Counted from the first letter of the stretch, positions 1 to 10,807 are shown. The stretch is 64,000 bases of DNA from an uncultured candidate division Zixibacteria bacterium (GCA_963702205.1 OY969724.1:608001-672000), one strand, 5' to 3'. Numbers and translations are program-made. Notes: generated by a model from the letters alone, not told the origin.

Positions 1-163
1 TACCTCATTGTATATATAAGGCAACAATTGTGCCCGGTTGGCCGGGGTCACCTTATCGGCCCGGTAAGGTTCTAAATGACAAAGAGATATAATTTCGGAC
101 CGACGGCAGTTTGTCATCTTCTACTTCTTATAACGGATTTTCTTCAATAATATTACACAATTA

Positions 164-179
164 TGTAGAATATTCTACA
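164..179. promoter_or_regulatory. Perfect 16-bp palindrome TGTAGAATATTCTACA (TGT-N10-ACA), candidate activator/operator site upstream of the metal-efflux operon
   Basis: Self-complementary sequence read directly in the AT-rich region ~100 nt upstream of the TolC gene. Confidence 0.5.
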
Positions 180-244
180 AATAAATTCTATATTATTTAG
201 ATCAAGAGTATTTAAGTCGTTATCAATTAATGGGTTTGCAATAA

Positions 245-260
245 TGGCACGCGGTTTGAC
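245..260 (+). promoter_or_regulatory. Possible sigma-54 (-24/-12) promoter
   Basis: TGGCACG-CGGT-TTGAC versus consensus TGGCACG-N4-TTGC; mismatch at the -12 C. Confidence 0.35.
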
Positions 261-274
261 ATTATATAAGACTC

Positions 275-1681
275 ATGAAGAACTATGGTATGGAAAAAGC
301 TTTATTTGGCAACCACGGTGAAAGATTAATATTCCAAATGATTACCCTGATTTTAATAAGTTCGGTGTTGTTCACGGGTGCGGCGAATGGCTCCGAAAAA
401 TCCGAGGCTCATAAGACGGCCGATTCGCTTTCGGCGATGATGCAACAGCAGGCTCAAACTCTTCCCCAATTTGATTCGACGACTACTATTGATGATTACC
501 TGACTGTCGCCATGAAAAATAATCCCGGTCTTAGGGCGGCTTTTAATCAGTGGGTGGCCGATCTTAAAAAATCCGATTATGCCGGGGCACTGCCCGACCC
601 GATGTTGAGCTATGGTTATTTTATCGAAAGGGTCGAGACGAGAGTCGGTCCGCAGGAGCAGCGTTTCAGTTTACGCCAATCGTTTCCGTGGTTCGGGACG
701 CTCGGTGCGAAAAAAGATATGGCGTTTGCCATGTCGCAGGCATCGTACAAGCATTTCGAGTCGGCGCGGCTAAAGCTGTTTTATGAGGTCAAGTCCGCTT
801 TCTACGATTATTACTACCTCGGCCGTGACATACAAATTACCAATGACAACCTTGAGCTGTTGAAGTTCTGGGAGTCGGTGGCGCGGTCAAAGTATAAAGT
901 CGGGCTGAAGCAGTACCCCGACGTAATCAAAGCGCAGGTTGAACTCGGAAAACTCGAAGATCACCTTTATACATTACGGGACAAACGAATCCCGGTTTCG
1001 GCCCGGCTGCGGGCACTATTAGGATTACCGGATGGAAATTTGCTTCCGATTCCAACGAAGATTTCCGTCAATGAAAGCGGGCTTGCAAAAGATTCAGTGG
1101 TGGCGTTGATAGTCCGTAACAATCCCGATTTGATGGCTCTTCAGCAGGTCGTCGAAAGCAGCCGCGCCGGAGAGCTTCTGGCCGGCAAGCAGGCTCTTCC
1201 CCAGTTTTCGGTTGGTGTCGATTATATACAGACCGGTCCGGCGCTCAATCCCGATCTTCCTGAAAGCGGCAAAGACCCGTGGATGGTCAGCGCGAGCGTA
1301 TCGCTGCCGATCTGGTTTGGCAAGAACGGCGCCCGTAAAAGCGAAGCGAAAGCTCGCCGCAAGGCGGCCGAGTACAGTCTCGACGACAACCGGAACCGCC
1401 TGACGGCGGCGGCGGAAAAAACACTTTTCGAATATTCCGACGCTCTTCGCAAGACCAAACTTTATCGCGACGGGCTGGTACCCAAAGCCGAGCAGTCGCT
1501 GAAGGCGATATATGCATCGTACGAATCCGGCGGGATGGATTTTCTGAACTTGCTGGATGCCCAGCGGCAGCTGCTTGATTTCCGGTTGACGGTCGCACGG
1601 GAAAAAGCCGCGCTGGCCACGAAAAGAGCCGAGCTGGAAATGCTCGGCGGCACCGAACTCGATAAGTACACTCAAAAGTAA
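275..1681 (+). CDS. TolC-family outer-membrane efflux protein (CusC/CzcC-like); true start may be a downstream ATG (290 or 338)
   Basis: 468 aa, signal-like hydrophobic N-terminus, two OEP repeats (LRQSFPWFG; SLPIWFG), first gene of a heavy-metal RND cluster. Confidence 0.88.
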   Translation: MKNYGMEKALFGNHGERLIFQMITLILISSVLFTGAANGSEKSEAHKTADSLSAMMQQQAQTLPQFDSTTTIDDYLTVAMKNNPGLRAAFNQWVADLKKSDYAGALPDPMLSYGYFIERVETRVGPQEQRFSLRQSFPWFGTLGAKKDMAFAMSQASYKHFESARLKLFYEVKSAFYDYYYLGRDIQITNDNLELLKFWESVARSKYKVGLKQYPDVIKAQVELGKLEDHLYTLRDKRIPVSARLRALLGLPDGNLLPIPTKISVNESGLAKDSVVALIVRNNPDLMALQQVVESSRAGELLAGKQALPQFSVGVDYIQTGPALNPDLPESGKDPWMVSASVSLPIWFGKNGARKSEAKARRKAAEYSLDDNRNRLTAAAEKTLFEYSDALRKTKLYRDGLVPKAEQSLKAIYASYESGGMDFLNLLDAQRQLLDFRLTVAREKAALATKRAELEMLGGTELDKYTQK

Positions 1682-1702
1682 CCCACTTTAAGGAGTAATG
1701 AA

Positions 1703-2224
1703 ATGCGTACGTTCAAACACACTTTCACCGCCCTGGCCGTCATTCTGGGACTGGCCGTGGCAGCCAACGCCGGGTACACCGAGAAGGCCAAACCGGCCGA
1801 CGCCCCGAAAGAGTTTCACAATCAGACTAACTGCCCGGTCATGGGCGGCAAGATCGACTCGACGTACTACACGGATATACAGGGACAGCGGGTGTATCAT
1901 TGCTGTCCGATGTGCTCGGCCAAGCTGAAAGCCGATCCCGACAAGTACTTCCAGAAGGCCGCCGAAGAAGGCGTGCTTTTTGAAAACATCCAGACCAACT
2001 GCCCCGTATCCGGTGAAAAGCTGGAAGACAAGACGGTTTTCACTGACTATCAGGGCCGTCGCGTTTATTTCTGCTGCAAGCAGTGCCGGGGCAAATTCGC
2101 CGCCGATCCGGATACCTATTTGAAGAAATTGGATGAAATGACTGATCCGGGTGACAAGGCGGAATCCGAGACCGACAAAATGGAAATGAAGGAACACGAA
2201 GAACACGGCGAGCAGCATAATTAG
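1703..2224 (+). CDS. Exported protein with two YHS/TRASH-type metal-binding domains and a His/Glu-rich tail
   Basis: Signal peptide; CPVMG...YHCCPMC and CPVSG...YFCCKQC; tail MEMKEHEEHGEQH; AAGGAG RBS. Confidence 0.85.
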   Translation: MRTFKHTFTALAVILGLAVAANAGYTEKAKPADAPKEFHNQTNCPVMGGKIDSTYYTDIQGQRVYHCCPMCSAKLKADPDKYFQKAAEEGVLFENIQTNCPVSGEKLEDKTVFTDYQGRRVYFCCKQCRGKFAADPDTYLKKLDEMTDPGDKAESETDKMEMKEHEEHGEQHN

Positions 2225-2260
2225 AATACAAGAATCCTGGAATGAACGAGGTAAAATGTC

Positions 2261-4213
2261 ATGACCGTTGAAAAATCAAAGCAATCCAGATGGCTGGGGA
2301 TATTCCCGAAGGAGCGCTCTGTCGTGGTCTCCATTGTCTTAATCGCGGTCGTGGCGTTTATTGTCGGAGGTCTGATGCTCGGTGGCGGGTCCCCCGGCGA
2401 CTCCTCGCAGGCCGACCCGGCAGGGTCGGGTTCCGCCGTGGCAAGCACTTCCACCGACACGATTTGGACGTGCTCGATGCACCCGCAGATACGCATGCAC
2501 AAGCCGGGAAAATGCCCGATCTGCTTCATGGACCTTATTCCGGTCAGTTCGAACGGTGGCGGTGGAGGGCTTGGACCGGATCAAATCCGTCTTTCAGAAA
2601 CGGCCATGCAGCTGGCCAACATCCAGACGACGGCGGTGACAAGAGCTTATGCCGTGCGAGCGGTGCGCATGGTCGGCAAGCTCGACTACGATGAAACCCG
2701 GGTATCGTACATCACGGCCTGGGTGCCGGGACGGCTCGACAGTCTTTTTATCGACTATACCGGAGCGGTCGTATCCAAAGGTGATCGCATGGCTCTTATG
2801 TACTCACCGGAACTGGTCTCCGCCCGGGAAGAACTCCTGCAGGCGAAGCAGGCGGTCGAGACTCTCGGTGACGCCAGCAGTGACATTTTGAAGTCGACCG
2901 CCAAAGAGACGCTTCAGTCGACCCGGGAGAAACTGCGCTTGTACGGACTTTCCGAAGATCAGATTGCGTCTCTCGAACGGGACAGCCTGCTGTCGGAACA
3001 TGTAACGCTTACGGCACCGTCGGGAGGAGTCGTCATACATAAGGACGCGACACAGGGGATGTACGTCTCGACGGGAGCAAAGATATATACCATCGCTGAT
3101 CTGAAAAAGCTCTGGGTGGTACTGCGGGCGTACGAGTCGGATTTGCCGTGGCTGCGCAATGGGCAGCATGTTACGTTTACGTCGCCGTCGTTTCCCGGCG
3201 AAAAATTCGATGCCGTGATCGATTTTATCGATCCGGTCGTTGATCAATCAACACGTACGGTGGAAGTACGCGCCGAGGTCGACAATACCGACGGACGTCT
3301 CAAGCCGGAGATGTTCGTCAGCGCGGTGGTGCAGTCTCGCCTTGACGCCGGAGGCAACGTAGTTGCATCCAATCCCGATGGTCCCGCGCCGCTTCTGGTT
3401 CCGGTCACGGCACCGCTTATTACGGGACAGAGGGCCATCGTCTATGTCGAGACGCCGGCTGACAGTGGTTCGGTTTTTGAGGGCCGTGAAGTCACGCTCG
3501 GACCGAGAGCAGGTGATTTTTATGTCGTGAAGGCCGGCCTCAAAGAGGGCGAGCTGGTGGTGACCAACGGTGCTTTCAAGCTCGACAGCGAACTGCAAAT
3601 CGAGGCCAGGCCGAGTATGATGTCGCCGGAGGCCGGTGCGGCTGCGACGGAGCATCATCATGTCGAGACGGTTCCGGCCGCTGCGATAGTTCCTCCAAAA
3701 AGGGTCGATTACAAGGCAGGCTCAGCCAAACGGCTCGACCATTGCGAAGAAGCGCAACAAGCTCTGAAATCCGTGTATAAGTCGTATTTCGACGTGCAAA
3801 TGTCCCTGGCCAACGACGATCCTGACGCGGCCAAATCGGCATCCGGAGCTTTGGTAAAATCAATTTCAGATGTTGAGATGAGTTTATTCAAAGGCGAGGC
3901 GCACGAACGGTGGATGGAAATATCGACCGCGCTCACACGCGCCGCCGAGTCGGGACAAAAGGCGACGACAATTGACGATGCCCGTGATGCTTTCTTTCAC
4001 CTGTCGCAGGCGGCCATCGAACTGCACGATACGTTCGGTCATGCCGGAGACGCGCCGTACTATTTAACTTTCTGTCCCATGGCCAGAGAAAAAGCCGGGG
4101 CGTGGTGGCTGCAGACAGCCGATATCGTCCTTAATTCTTTTTACGGAGAAAAGATGCTCCGCTGCGGCGAAATCAAACAACCTCTTCCCCCCGGCGACAG
4201 GGTGACGGAGTAA
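2261..4213 (+). CDS. cusB: CusB-like RND periplasmic adaptor with N-terminal heavy-metal-binding domain and C-terminal DUF3347-like domain
   Basis: WTCSMHPQIR..PGKCPICFMDL motif, MFP core (LKPEMF, GLKEGELVVTNG), C-terminal FCPMA...NSFYG..MLRCG. Confidence 0.88.
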   Translation: MTVEKSKQSRWLGIFPKERSVVVSIVLIAVVAFIVGGLMLGGGSPGDSSQADPAGSGSAVASTSTDTIWTCSMHPQIRMHKPGKCPICFMDLIPVSSNGGGGGLGPDQIRLSETAMQLANIQTTAVTRAYAVRAVRMVGKLDYDETRVSYITAWVPGRLDSLFIDYTGAVVSKGDRMALMYSPELVSAREELLQAKQAVETLGDASSDILKSTAKETLQSTREKLRLYGLSEDQIASLERDSLLSEHVTLTAPSGGVVIHKDATQGMYVSTGAKIYTIADLKKLWVVLRAYESDLPWLRNGQHVTFTSPSFPGEKFDAVIDFIDPVVDQSTRTVEVRAEVDNTDGRLKPEMFVSAVVQSRLDAGGNVVASNPDGPAPLLVPVTAPLITGQRAIVYVETPADSGSVFEGREVTLGPRAGDFYVVKAGLKEGELVVTNGAFKLDSELQIEARPSMMSPEAGAAATEHHHVETVPAAAIVPPKRVDYKAGSAKRLDHCEEAQQALKSVYKSYFDVQMSLANDDPDAAKSASGALVKSISDVEMSLFKGEAHERWMEISTALTRAAESGQKATTIDDARDAFFHLSQAAIELHDTFGHAGDAPYYLTFCPMAREKAGAWWLQTADIVLNSFYGEKMLRCGEIKQPLPPGDRVTE

Positions 4214-4220
4214 CCGGGTC

Positions 4221-7200
4221 ATGGCACAACCTCAGCAGGATTTCGGGCGCCCGTCCCTGATTGACCGGGTTATCAGGTACTGCCTGGAAAACAAGCTCGT
4301 CGTCATTCTGATTATGATGGTCCTCATCGGCTGGGGCGTCATGGTCGCACCGTTCGACTGGAAGATCGGCGGCTTGCAGCGCAATCCGGTTCCGGTCGAT
4401 GCCATACCGGATATCGGCGAAAACCAGCAGATCGTGTTTACCGAGTGGATGGGGCGTTCGCCGCAGGACGTGGAGGATCAGATCACGTACCCTCTGACGG
4501 TGGCGCTGCTCGGTATTCCGGGTGTCAAAACTATCCGCAGTTATTCGTATTTCGGATTTTCCAGTATCTACGTGATTTTCAAAGACGACGTCGAATTTTA
4601 CTGGTCGCGTTCGCGGGTGCTGGAAAAACTGAACTCGCTGCCGGGCGGCACGCTGCCCGATGGAGTACAGCCGGCGCTCGGTCCCGATGCCACGGCGCTG
4701 GGGCAGGTCTTTTGGTACACGCTCGAAGGTCGCGACAAAGACGGTAACCCGACGGGCGGCTGGGACTTGCACGAGCTGCGTTCGATTCAGGACTGGACGG
4801 TGCGTTATGCATTACAGTCGGCCGACGGTGTATCTGAAGTGGCGTCGGTCGGCGGGTTCATACAGGAATACCAGATCGACGTCAACCCCGACGCCATGCG
4901 CGCCAACGGCGTCAAGTTGAGCGACGTTTTCAATGCCGTGCGCAGCTCCAATGTCGACGTCGGTGCAAAAACGATAGAGATCAACAAGGTCGAATATGTT
5001 ATCCGGGGTTTGGGGTTTATCAAGAACACATCGGATATCGAAAATACGGTTGTCAAACAGACCGGCAACGTCCCGATACGAGTGGCCGACGTGGCCTCGG
5101 TCTCACTGGGACCGGCGCTCAGACGCGGTGCGCTCGATAAGGGCGGCGCCGAAGTGGTCGGCGGCGTGGTGGTGGTGCGCTATGGTGAGAATCCGCTCGC
5201 TACCATAAATAATGTCAAGGCCAAAATAGCCCAAATAGCTCCCGGTCTGCCGAAGAAAGTTCTGCCCGACGGCCGCACGTCGCAGGTGACCGTGGTTCCG
5301 TTTTACGACCGGTCCGGGTTGATTTATGAAACGCTCGGAACGCTCGACACGGCGTTGGTGGATGAAATACTCGTTACGATAATAGTCGGTACTAATGATG
5401 GTCATGCACCTGCGCAGTTCGCTTCTCATTTCGGGATTATTGCCTTTGACGGTACTTATTGCCTTTATCGCGATGAAAATGTTCGGTGTCGATGCCAATG
5501 TCGTGGCGCTGTCCGGAATTGCCATCGCCATCGGGACCATTGTCGATATGGGTATAGTTATTTGTGAAAATATATTGAAACATATCGACGCTTCCTCTCC
5601 GGGTGAGAACCTTCTGGAAATAATTTACCGCGCATCGTCGGAAGTCGGCAGCGCGGTCCTTACCGCTATCGCGACCACGGTCGTTTCATTTCTGCCGGTG
5701 TTTACCATGCAGGCGGCGGAAGGCAAGCTGTTCAAGCCGCTGGCGTATACCAAGACGTTTGCACTTGTTGCTTCAGTTATTATAGCGTTGACGATTATTC
5801 CCCCAATGGCGCACATACTCTTTACCCGGGGTAAAAACCTGGCAAGGTCGCGTAAACTGTGGCCGTTCGGACTGGGGCTGGCGGGTGTCGCGGCGTTCCT
5901 TTTCGCCTTCTGGTTTACCGGGCTGCTGTTGATTGCAATCGGGGTGTATTTGTACTTCAAAGATAAATTTCCTGAAAAGATCACCTCGAAAGTTCCGACG
6001 TATTTCAATTATATGGTGGTTATCATAGTCGGCTGGCTTCTGGCGGGCCACTGGGAGCCGCTCGGGGTCGACGCCGGGACATTTGTCAATTTCCTGTTCG
6101 TGGCGATACTGCTCGGCGGCATATTGTTTTTGTTCCGGATGTTTTCAAGAGCGTACGAAACGATTCTCCGCTGGTGCCTGGCGCACAAGGCGATGTTTTT
6201 ATCAATGCCGGCTTTGTTGGTGTTGATAGGATTAATGGCCTGGCTGGGGTTCGGCAAAATATTCGGGTGGATGCCAAGCTGGGTCCGCTCGACGCGACCG
6301 TACGTGGCCCTGAACCATACGTTTCCAGGGTTGGGCAAAGAATTCATGCCGAATCTGGACGAAGGATCTTTCCTGTGGATGCCGACCACTATGCCGCACG
6401 CTTCGATAGGTGAGGCTCTCGACGTGCTGCAGCATCAGGACAAGGCCTTTTCGAGTATACCGGAAGTTGAATCGGTTGTCGGCAAGCTCGGACGGGCCGA
6501 CTCCCCGCTCGATCCTGCTCCTATTTCGATGTTCGAGACCGTGATAAATTACAAGTCGAAATACAAGGAAGACAAGAACGGTCACCGCCTGCAGTTTAAG
6601 TACGATGATGATAAACTGGAATTCGTGCGCGATGAAAAAGGTGACCTGATTCCCGACACGCACGGTCGACCGTTCCGTAACTGGCGCGACCAGATAAAAT
6701 CGCCCGATGATATCTGGAATGAGATCGTCAAGGCCGGTAAGATGATCGGGACGACGTCGGCACCGAAGCTGCAGCCGATTGCGGCAAGAATCGTGATGCT
6801 TCAGTCCGGAATGCGGGCCCCGATGGGCGTGAAAGTCAAGGGTCCCGATCTTGAGACGATCGAGAAAGTCGGGTTCGAAATTGAAAAGTACTTAAAGGAA
6901 GTACCGTCGATCGAACCGTCGGCCGTCCTCGCCGACCGGATCGTCGGGAAACCGTACCTTGAAATAAATATCGACCGTGAAAAGATCGCCCGCTACGGTT
7001 TAAGTATCAGACAGGTCCAGGACGTGATCGAGGTCGCGATCGGCGGGAAAAATCTGACGACCACGGTCGAGGGTCGCGAACGATACCCGGTGCGTGTGCG
7101 GTATCAAAGGGAGTTGCGTAATAATCTCGATGAACTCGGCAAAGTGCTGGTTCCGACACCGACCGGGGCGCAGATACCGCTGATCGAGCTGGCCGAGATA

Positions 7201-8019
7201 AACTACGTACGCGGGCCGATGGTCATAAAATCCGAAAACACGCAGTTGGTCGGTTATGTAATTTTTGACAAAAAGCCTGAGCATGCCGAGGTCGACGTGG
7301 TCCGTGAGGCACAAAAATATCTGCAGAGTAAGATCGATTCGGGCGAGTTCGACATCCCGGCCGGGGTGAGCTATGAGTTCGCCGGTTCGTATCAGAATCA
7401 GGTGCGGTCGGAGAAAAAACTCATGGTTGTCCTGCCTTTGTCTTTGGTTGTAATATTTCTGATATTATACTTCCAGTTCAAGAAAGTCTCGACGACGTTA
7501 TTGGTTTTCTCCGGCATCTTCGTGGCGTGGTCCGGAGGATTTTTGATGCTGTGGCTTTACAGCCAGCACTGGTTTTTGAATTTTTCGACGTTCGGGGTAT
7601 CGTTGCGGGAGTTGTTCCAGGTGCATACGTTCAACCTGTCGGTGGCAGTGTGGGTCGGTTTTCTGGCTTTGTTCGGAATTGCGACCGACGACGGTGTCAT
7701 TATATCGACCTATCTCAAGCAGGTTTTCGAGCGCGAGAAGCCGTCGACCGTCGAGGAAATCCGCGAGGCGACGGTTAAAGCGGGCAAGCGGCGTATTCGC
7801 CCGGCTCTGATGACGGTGGCGACGACAATATTAGCGCTGATCCCGGTTTTGACGTCGACCGGCCGCGGCGCGGACATTATGGTTCCGATGGCGATACCGT
7901 CGTTCGGCGGCATGACGGTCGTGCTGATCACTGTTTTTACCGTACCGACCTTGTACTGCCTGTTGGCTGAAATGAAGGCAAAACGTCAGATGGCGAGCAC
8001 GGAGGAGGTTGCGCCATGA
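4221..8019 (+). pseudogene. cusA: CusA/CzcA-family heavy-metal RND permease split by a +1 frameshift at ~5388 (probably a sequencing artefact; intact gene ~1265 aa)
   Basis: ORF 4221-5567 (DAIPDIGENQQIVFTEWMGRSPQDVEDQITYP) and ORF 5395-8019 (ALSGIAIAIGTIVD; RIRPALMT) join as IIVVLMMVMHLRSS if one G in GTCGGTACTA is removed. Confidence 0.9.
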
Positions 8020-8855
8020 ACATGAGAGATTTTCAATATATTATAAGTCGATATTTGTGGTTGATCGCGGCCGTATTGCTTGTGACATCGGGGCAAGCAC
8101 AGGCTCAGGCTGTAACCAATGAGTACTGCCCGGTGACGACGACCGAGAAAGTCGACAAAAACGTCTTTCTGGATTATAAAGGCCGGCGGATTTATTTTTG
8201 CTGCAATAAATGTCGCCGGGATTTTCTGGCCAATCCTGACGCCTACCTGGCAAATCTCCAGACGACAGACAATGCAACCGGCGACAGTTCGGCGACCGCT
8301 GAAGCGGTGCATGAAGAAGATGTTTCGACAAAACAGGCAGTTGCGGCTCATCCCGATATCGCCGGGACATCCGAACATGATGAAACCGGAGTGCACGAAC
8401 ACGAGCACGGGGGCAGTTCCGGGGTGATAGCTTTCCTCGGGAAGCTGCATCCGGCCGTAGTTCATTTCCCTATTGCACTGGTGCTCGTGGCTCTGGCGTT
8501 TGTCGTGGTACGGCTGATTTTCGGGCTGGAGCGGTATGAGGAAATGGCTGCGACCATCATATATTGGGCGGCGTTTTCGGCCATAGTGGCGGCGCTTCTG
8601 GGCTTGGCGAGAGCATCGGGATCGAAATTCCCATCGTTTCTGGAAAGCTATTTCCTGTGGCACCGGGCGCTGGGTCTGGTGACCGCTGTACTGACGACTG
8701 TGACGGCTGTCACGGCATTTGAGTGGAAACACAGTGGTTCTCGTAAGCTATTGGTGGTCTTCAGAATACTACTGGTTTTAACGGCCGTTGTGGTAGGAAT
8801 CGCCGGGCATTTGGGGGCGACGCTGGTGTTTGGGCCCAACTATTATTCGGGGTAG
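8016..8855 (+). CDS. YHS domain fused via a His-rich linker to a DUF2231-type membrane domain
   Basis: Signal peptide; YCPV...YFCCNKC; HEHEHG linker; LHPAVVHFPIAL, WHRALG, GHLGATLVFG with four hydrophobic helices; ATGA overlap with cusA stop. Confidence 0.8.
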   Translation: MNMRDFQYIISRYLWLIAAVLLVTSGQAQAQAVTNEYCPVTTTEKVDKNVFLDYKGRRIYFCCNKCRRDFLANPDAYLANLQTTDNATGDSSATAEAVHEEDVSTKQAVAAHPDIAGTSEHDETGVHEHEHGGSSGVIAFLGKLHPAVVHFPIALVLVALAFVVVRLIFGLERYEEMAATIIYWAAFSAIVAALLGLARASGSKFPSFLESYFLWHRALGLVTAVLTTVTAVTAFEWKHSGSRKLLVVFRILLVLTAVVVGIAGHLGATLVFGPNYYSG

Positions 8856-8881
8856 TTGTATAACGAAAAAAAGGAAAACGG

Positions 8882-9412
8882 ATGAAAAAACTAAACCTCA
8901 TTTTCGGTGTTATTGCGGCCGTCCTATTAATTTCAGGCTGCGGCGGCAAGAACGGTATTGTGGAGGACAACAGCGGACATCCGGCTTCAATTGCCGCGAT
9001 ATTCCCTGCCGACGGGAGCACCGGTGTGGCGCCGTCGACCTCGATCAGTATCAAATTTTCCGGCCCGGTCGATACGCTTTCGGCTATGCACGACATTCAT
9101 CTTGCCGGGGGCGAGCAGATGCACCACTGGCACGATTCGCTGGACCATTACGGCGGTTACGGCATGATGAGCGGCGACATGTGGAATTATATGATGAACT
9201 GGATGGATTCCATCATGGTACCGGGAACGTATCACTGGAACGGTCAAAGAGATTCGCTGGTGTTCACGCCTAATGCCGCGCTGCTGACGAATACGGATTA
9301 TCTGTGCGCATTTTTCAAGGACAGCACGGCTGAGAATCATCATAACATGATGAAAAACCCGAGCCCGATGTACGACGGCCTTCAGATGTACGGATTCACG
9401 ACCGGGCAGTGA
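8882..9412 (+). CDS. Lipoprotein with SbsA/Big_5-like Ig fold and a Met/His-rich insert
   Basis: Lipobox LLISG-C; FPADGSTGV..SISIKFSGPVD and LVFTPNAALLTNTDY Ig-like motifs; MHHWHD..MMSGDMWNYMMNWMD. Confidence 0.7.
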   Translation: MKKLNLIFGVIAAVLLISGCGGKNGIVEDNSGHPASIAAIFPADGSTGVAPSTSISIKFSGPVDTLSAMHDIHLAGGEQMHHWHDSLDHYGGYGMMSGDMWNYMMNWMDSIMVPGTYHWNGQRDSLVFTPNAALLTNTDYLCAFFKDSTAENHHNMMKNPSPMYDGLQMYGFTTGQ

Positions 9413-9428
9413 GCGGTGCCCTGTCTGA

Positions 9429-9524
9429 TTACATGGATTGATCTTTCCCGTCTCGGCGCAATAGAGCTTTAAAGCGAGGGTCATCGCGAAGCGGGTCCCA
9501 ATCGCTGTCCAGTTTGAGTTGGTT
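9429..9524 (-). pseudogene. Detached C-terminal 30 codons of the Ser/Thr kinase at 10808-13348
   Basis: Reads NQLKLDSDWDPLRDDPRFKALLRRDGKDQSM* in frame with ...PYNLSVN once the IS and one GTT copy are removed. Confidence 0.9.
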
Positions 9525-9550
9525 TGACCTTCCCCCCATTTGATGGACAC

Positions 9551-10444
9551 TCAGTTAAGACACGGTGATTGCTTCCGTGTCGGTTGTGGTCTGGCGGCGG
9601 ATTCGTACTCGGCCGGGCTCACTGAACCCAGCGACGAATGCCGACGCTGACCGTTGTAAAACACCTCAATATACTCAAAGATCTTCGCCTTCGCTTCATC
9701 TCTGGTCACGAAGTTCTCGTGATGCACCAGCTCCTGCTTCAACGTGCCCCAGAACGACTCCATCGGTGCGTTGTCCCAGCAATCACCTCTCCGACTCATG
9801 CTGGTGATGGCCTGATGCTGACGAAGGAGCTTTTGATAGTCTCCGGCCGCATACTGCTTGCCCTGGTCGCTGTGGTGGATCAGCCCCGGACCCGGGCGAT
9901 ACCGCACCAGGGCCTGCCCAAGCGCGCTCAAGGTCAACTCAGCGTTGATCCGAGGACTCATGGCACAGCCGACCACCCGACGGGTGTACAGATCCAGCAC
10001 GCCGGCCAGATACAGCCAGCCCTCGGTCGTCGGGATATACGTGATATCAGCTAGCCACACCCGGTTCGGACTGGCAGCGGTAAAGTCGCGGCTCAACAGA
10101 TTCGGCGCCACCGGCAACTTGTGCTTCGAATCCGTCGTTGCCTTGAACTTTTTTACCGCCTTTGGCCGTATCCCATGCAGACGCATGAGCCTGGCCACTC
10201 GCTTCTCGTTACAGACATGTCCCTGATCGTGCAACTCATCGGTCACACGAGGCGAACCGTAGGTCCGACGACTCCTCAGGTACGCCTGCCGGATCAGCGG
10301 CAGCAACTGCCGATTCTGCATCGACCGCGCACTCTCCGGTCGGACCAGCCAGGCATAGTAGCCGCTCCGTGAGACACTCAGCACCCGGCTCATCAACGTA
10401 AGTCGAAACTGTGACGCATGGTCCCGCATAAAGGCATATCTCAC
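9551..10444 (-). CDS. IS3-family transposase OrfB (DDE integrase core)
   Basis: YGSPRV, WLADITYI, HHSDQGKQY, DNAPMESFW, YIEVFYN..RRHSSLG motifs. Confidence 0.95.
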   Translation of the reverse strand: MRYAFMRDHASQFRLTLMSRVLSVSRSGYYAWLVRPESARSMQNRQLLPLIRQAYLRSRRTYGSPRVTDELHDQGHVCNEKRVARLMRLHGIRPKAVKKFKATTDSKHKLPVAPNLLSRDFTAASPNRVWLADITYIPTTEGWLYLAGVLDLYTRRVVGCAMSPRINAELTLSALGQALVRYRPGPGLIHHSDQGKQYAAGDYQKLLRQHQAITSMSRRGDCWDNAPMESFWGTLKQELVHHENFVTRDEAKAKIFEYIEVFYNGQRRHSSLGSVSPAEYESAARPQPTRKQSPCLN

Positions 10445-10743
10445 TTCGACCGGCGACTGAAGACGGCCAGCGCTTTTTTTAAAATGTCCCGCTCCTCCGT
10501 CACATCGGCCAATTGCCGCTGCAACCGACGCAGTTCTTCCTGCTCCGGACTCAGGTGACCCTTACCCGGAAACGCCGCCTCGCCCTCCTGGGCAAACTGG
10601 CTGCGCCACCGATGCAGCATGTTCTCGCTGATTCCCAGATCACGGGCCACCCCGGCCACTGTCCGGCCCGCCTCACGGCTCAGCCGTACTGCTTCCAACT
10701 TGAACTCCCGGTCGTACTTCCGTCGATTCGATCCTGATGACAT
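10441..10743 (-). CDS. IS3-family transposase OrfA (HTH); A7G slippery run at 10473-10480 for -1 frameshift into OrfB
   Basis: RRKYDREFKLEAV...VARDLGISENMLHRW...EERDILKKA; TTA AAA AAA GCG. Confidence 0.92.
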   Translation of the reverse strand: MSSGSNRRKYDREFKLEAVRLSREAGRTVAGVARDLGISENMLHRWRSQFAQEGEAAFPGKGHLSPEQEELRRLQRQLADVTEERDILKKALAVFSRRSK

Positions 10744-10807
10744 CTGAACACCTCCGGATAGTAACATAACCCTATCCTTTCGATCTGTCCACTAATCCGG
10801 GGGAAGG

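Noticed and set aside
4221..8019. cusA as a genuine two-gene split or programmed frameshift
   Set aside because: No slippery sequence; a single extra G restores a normal TM helix, and the GTAC context matches the other three frameshifts
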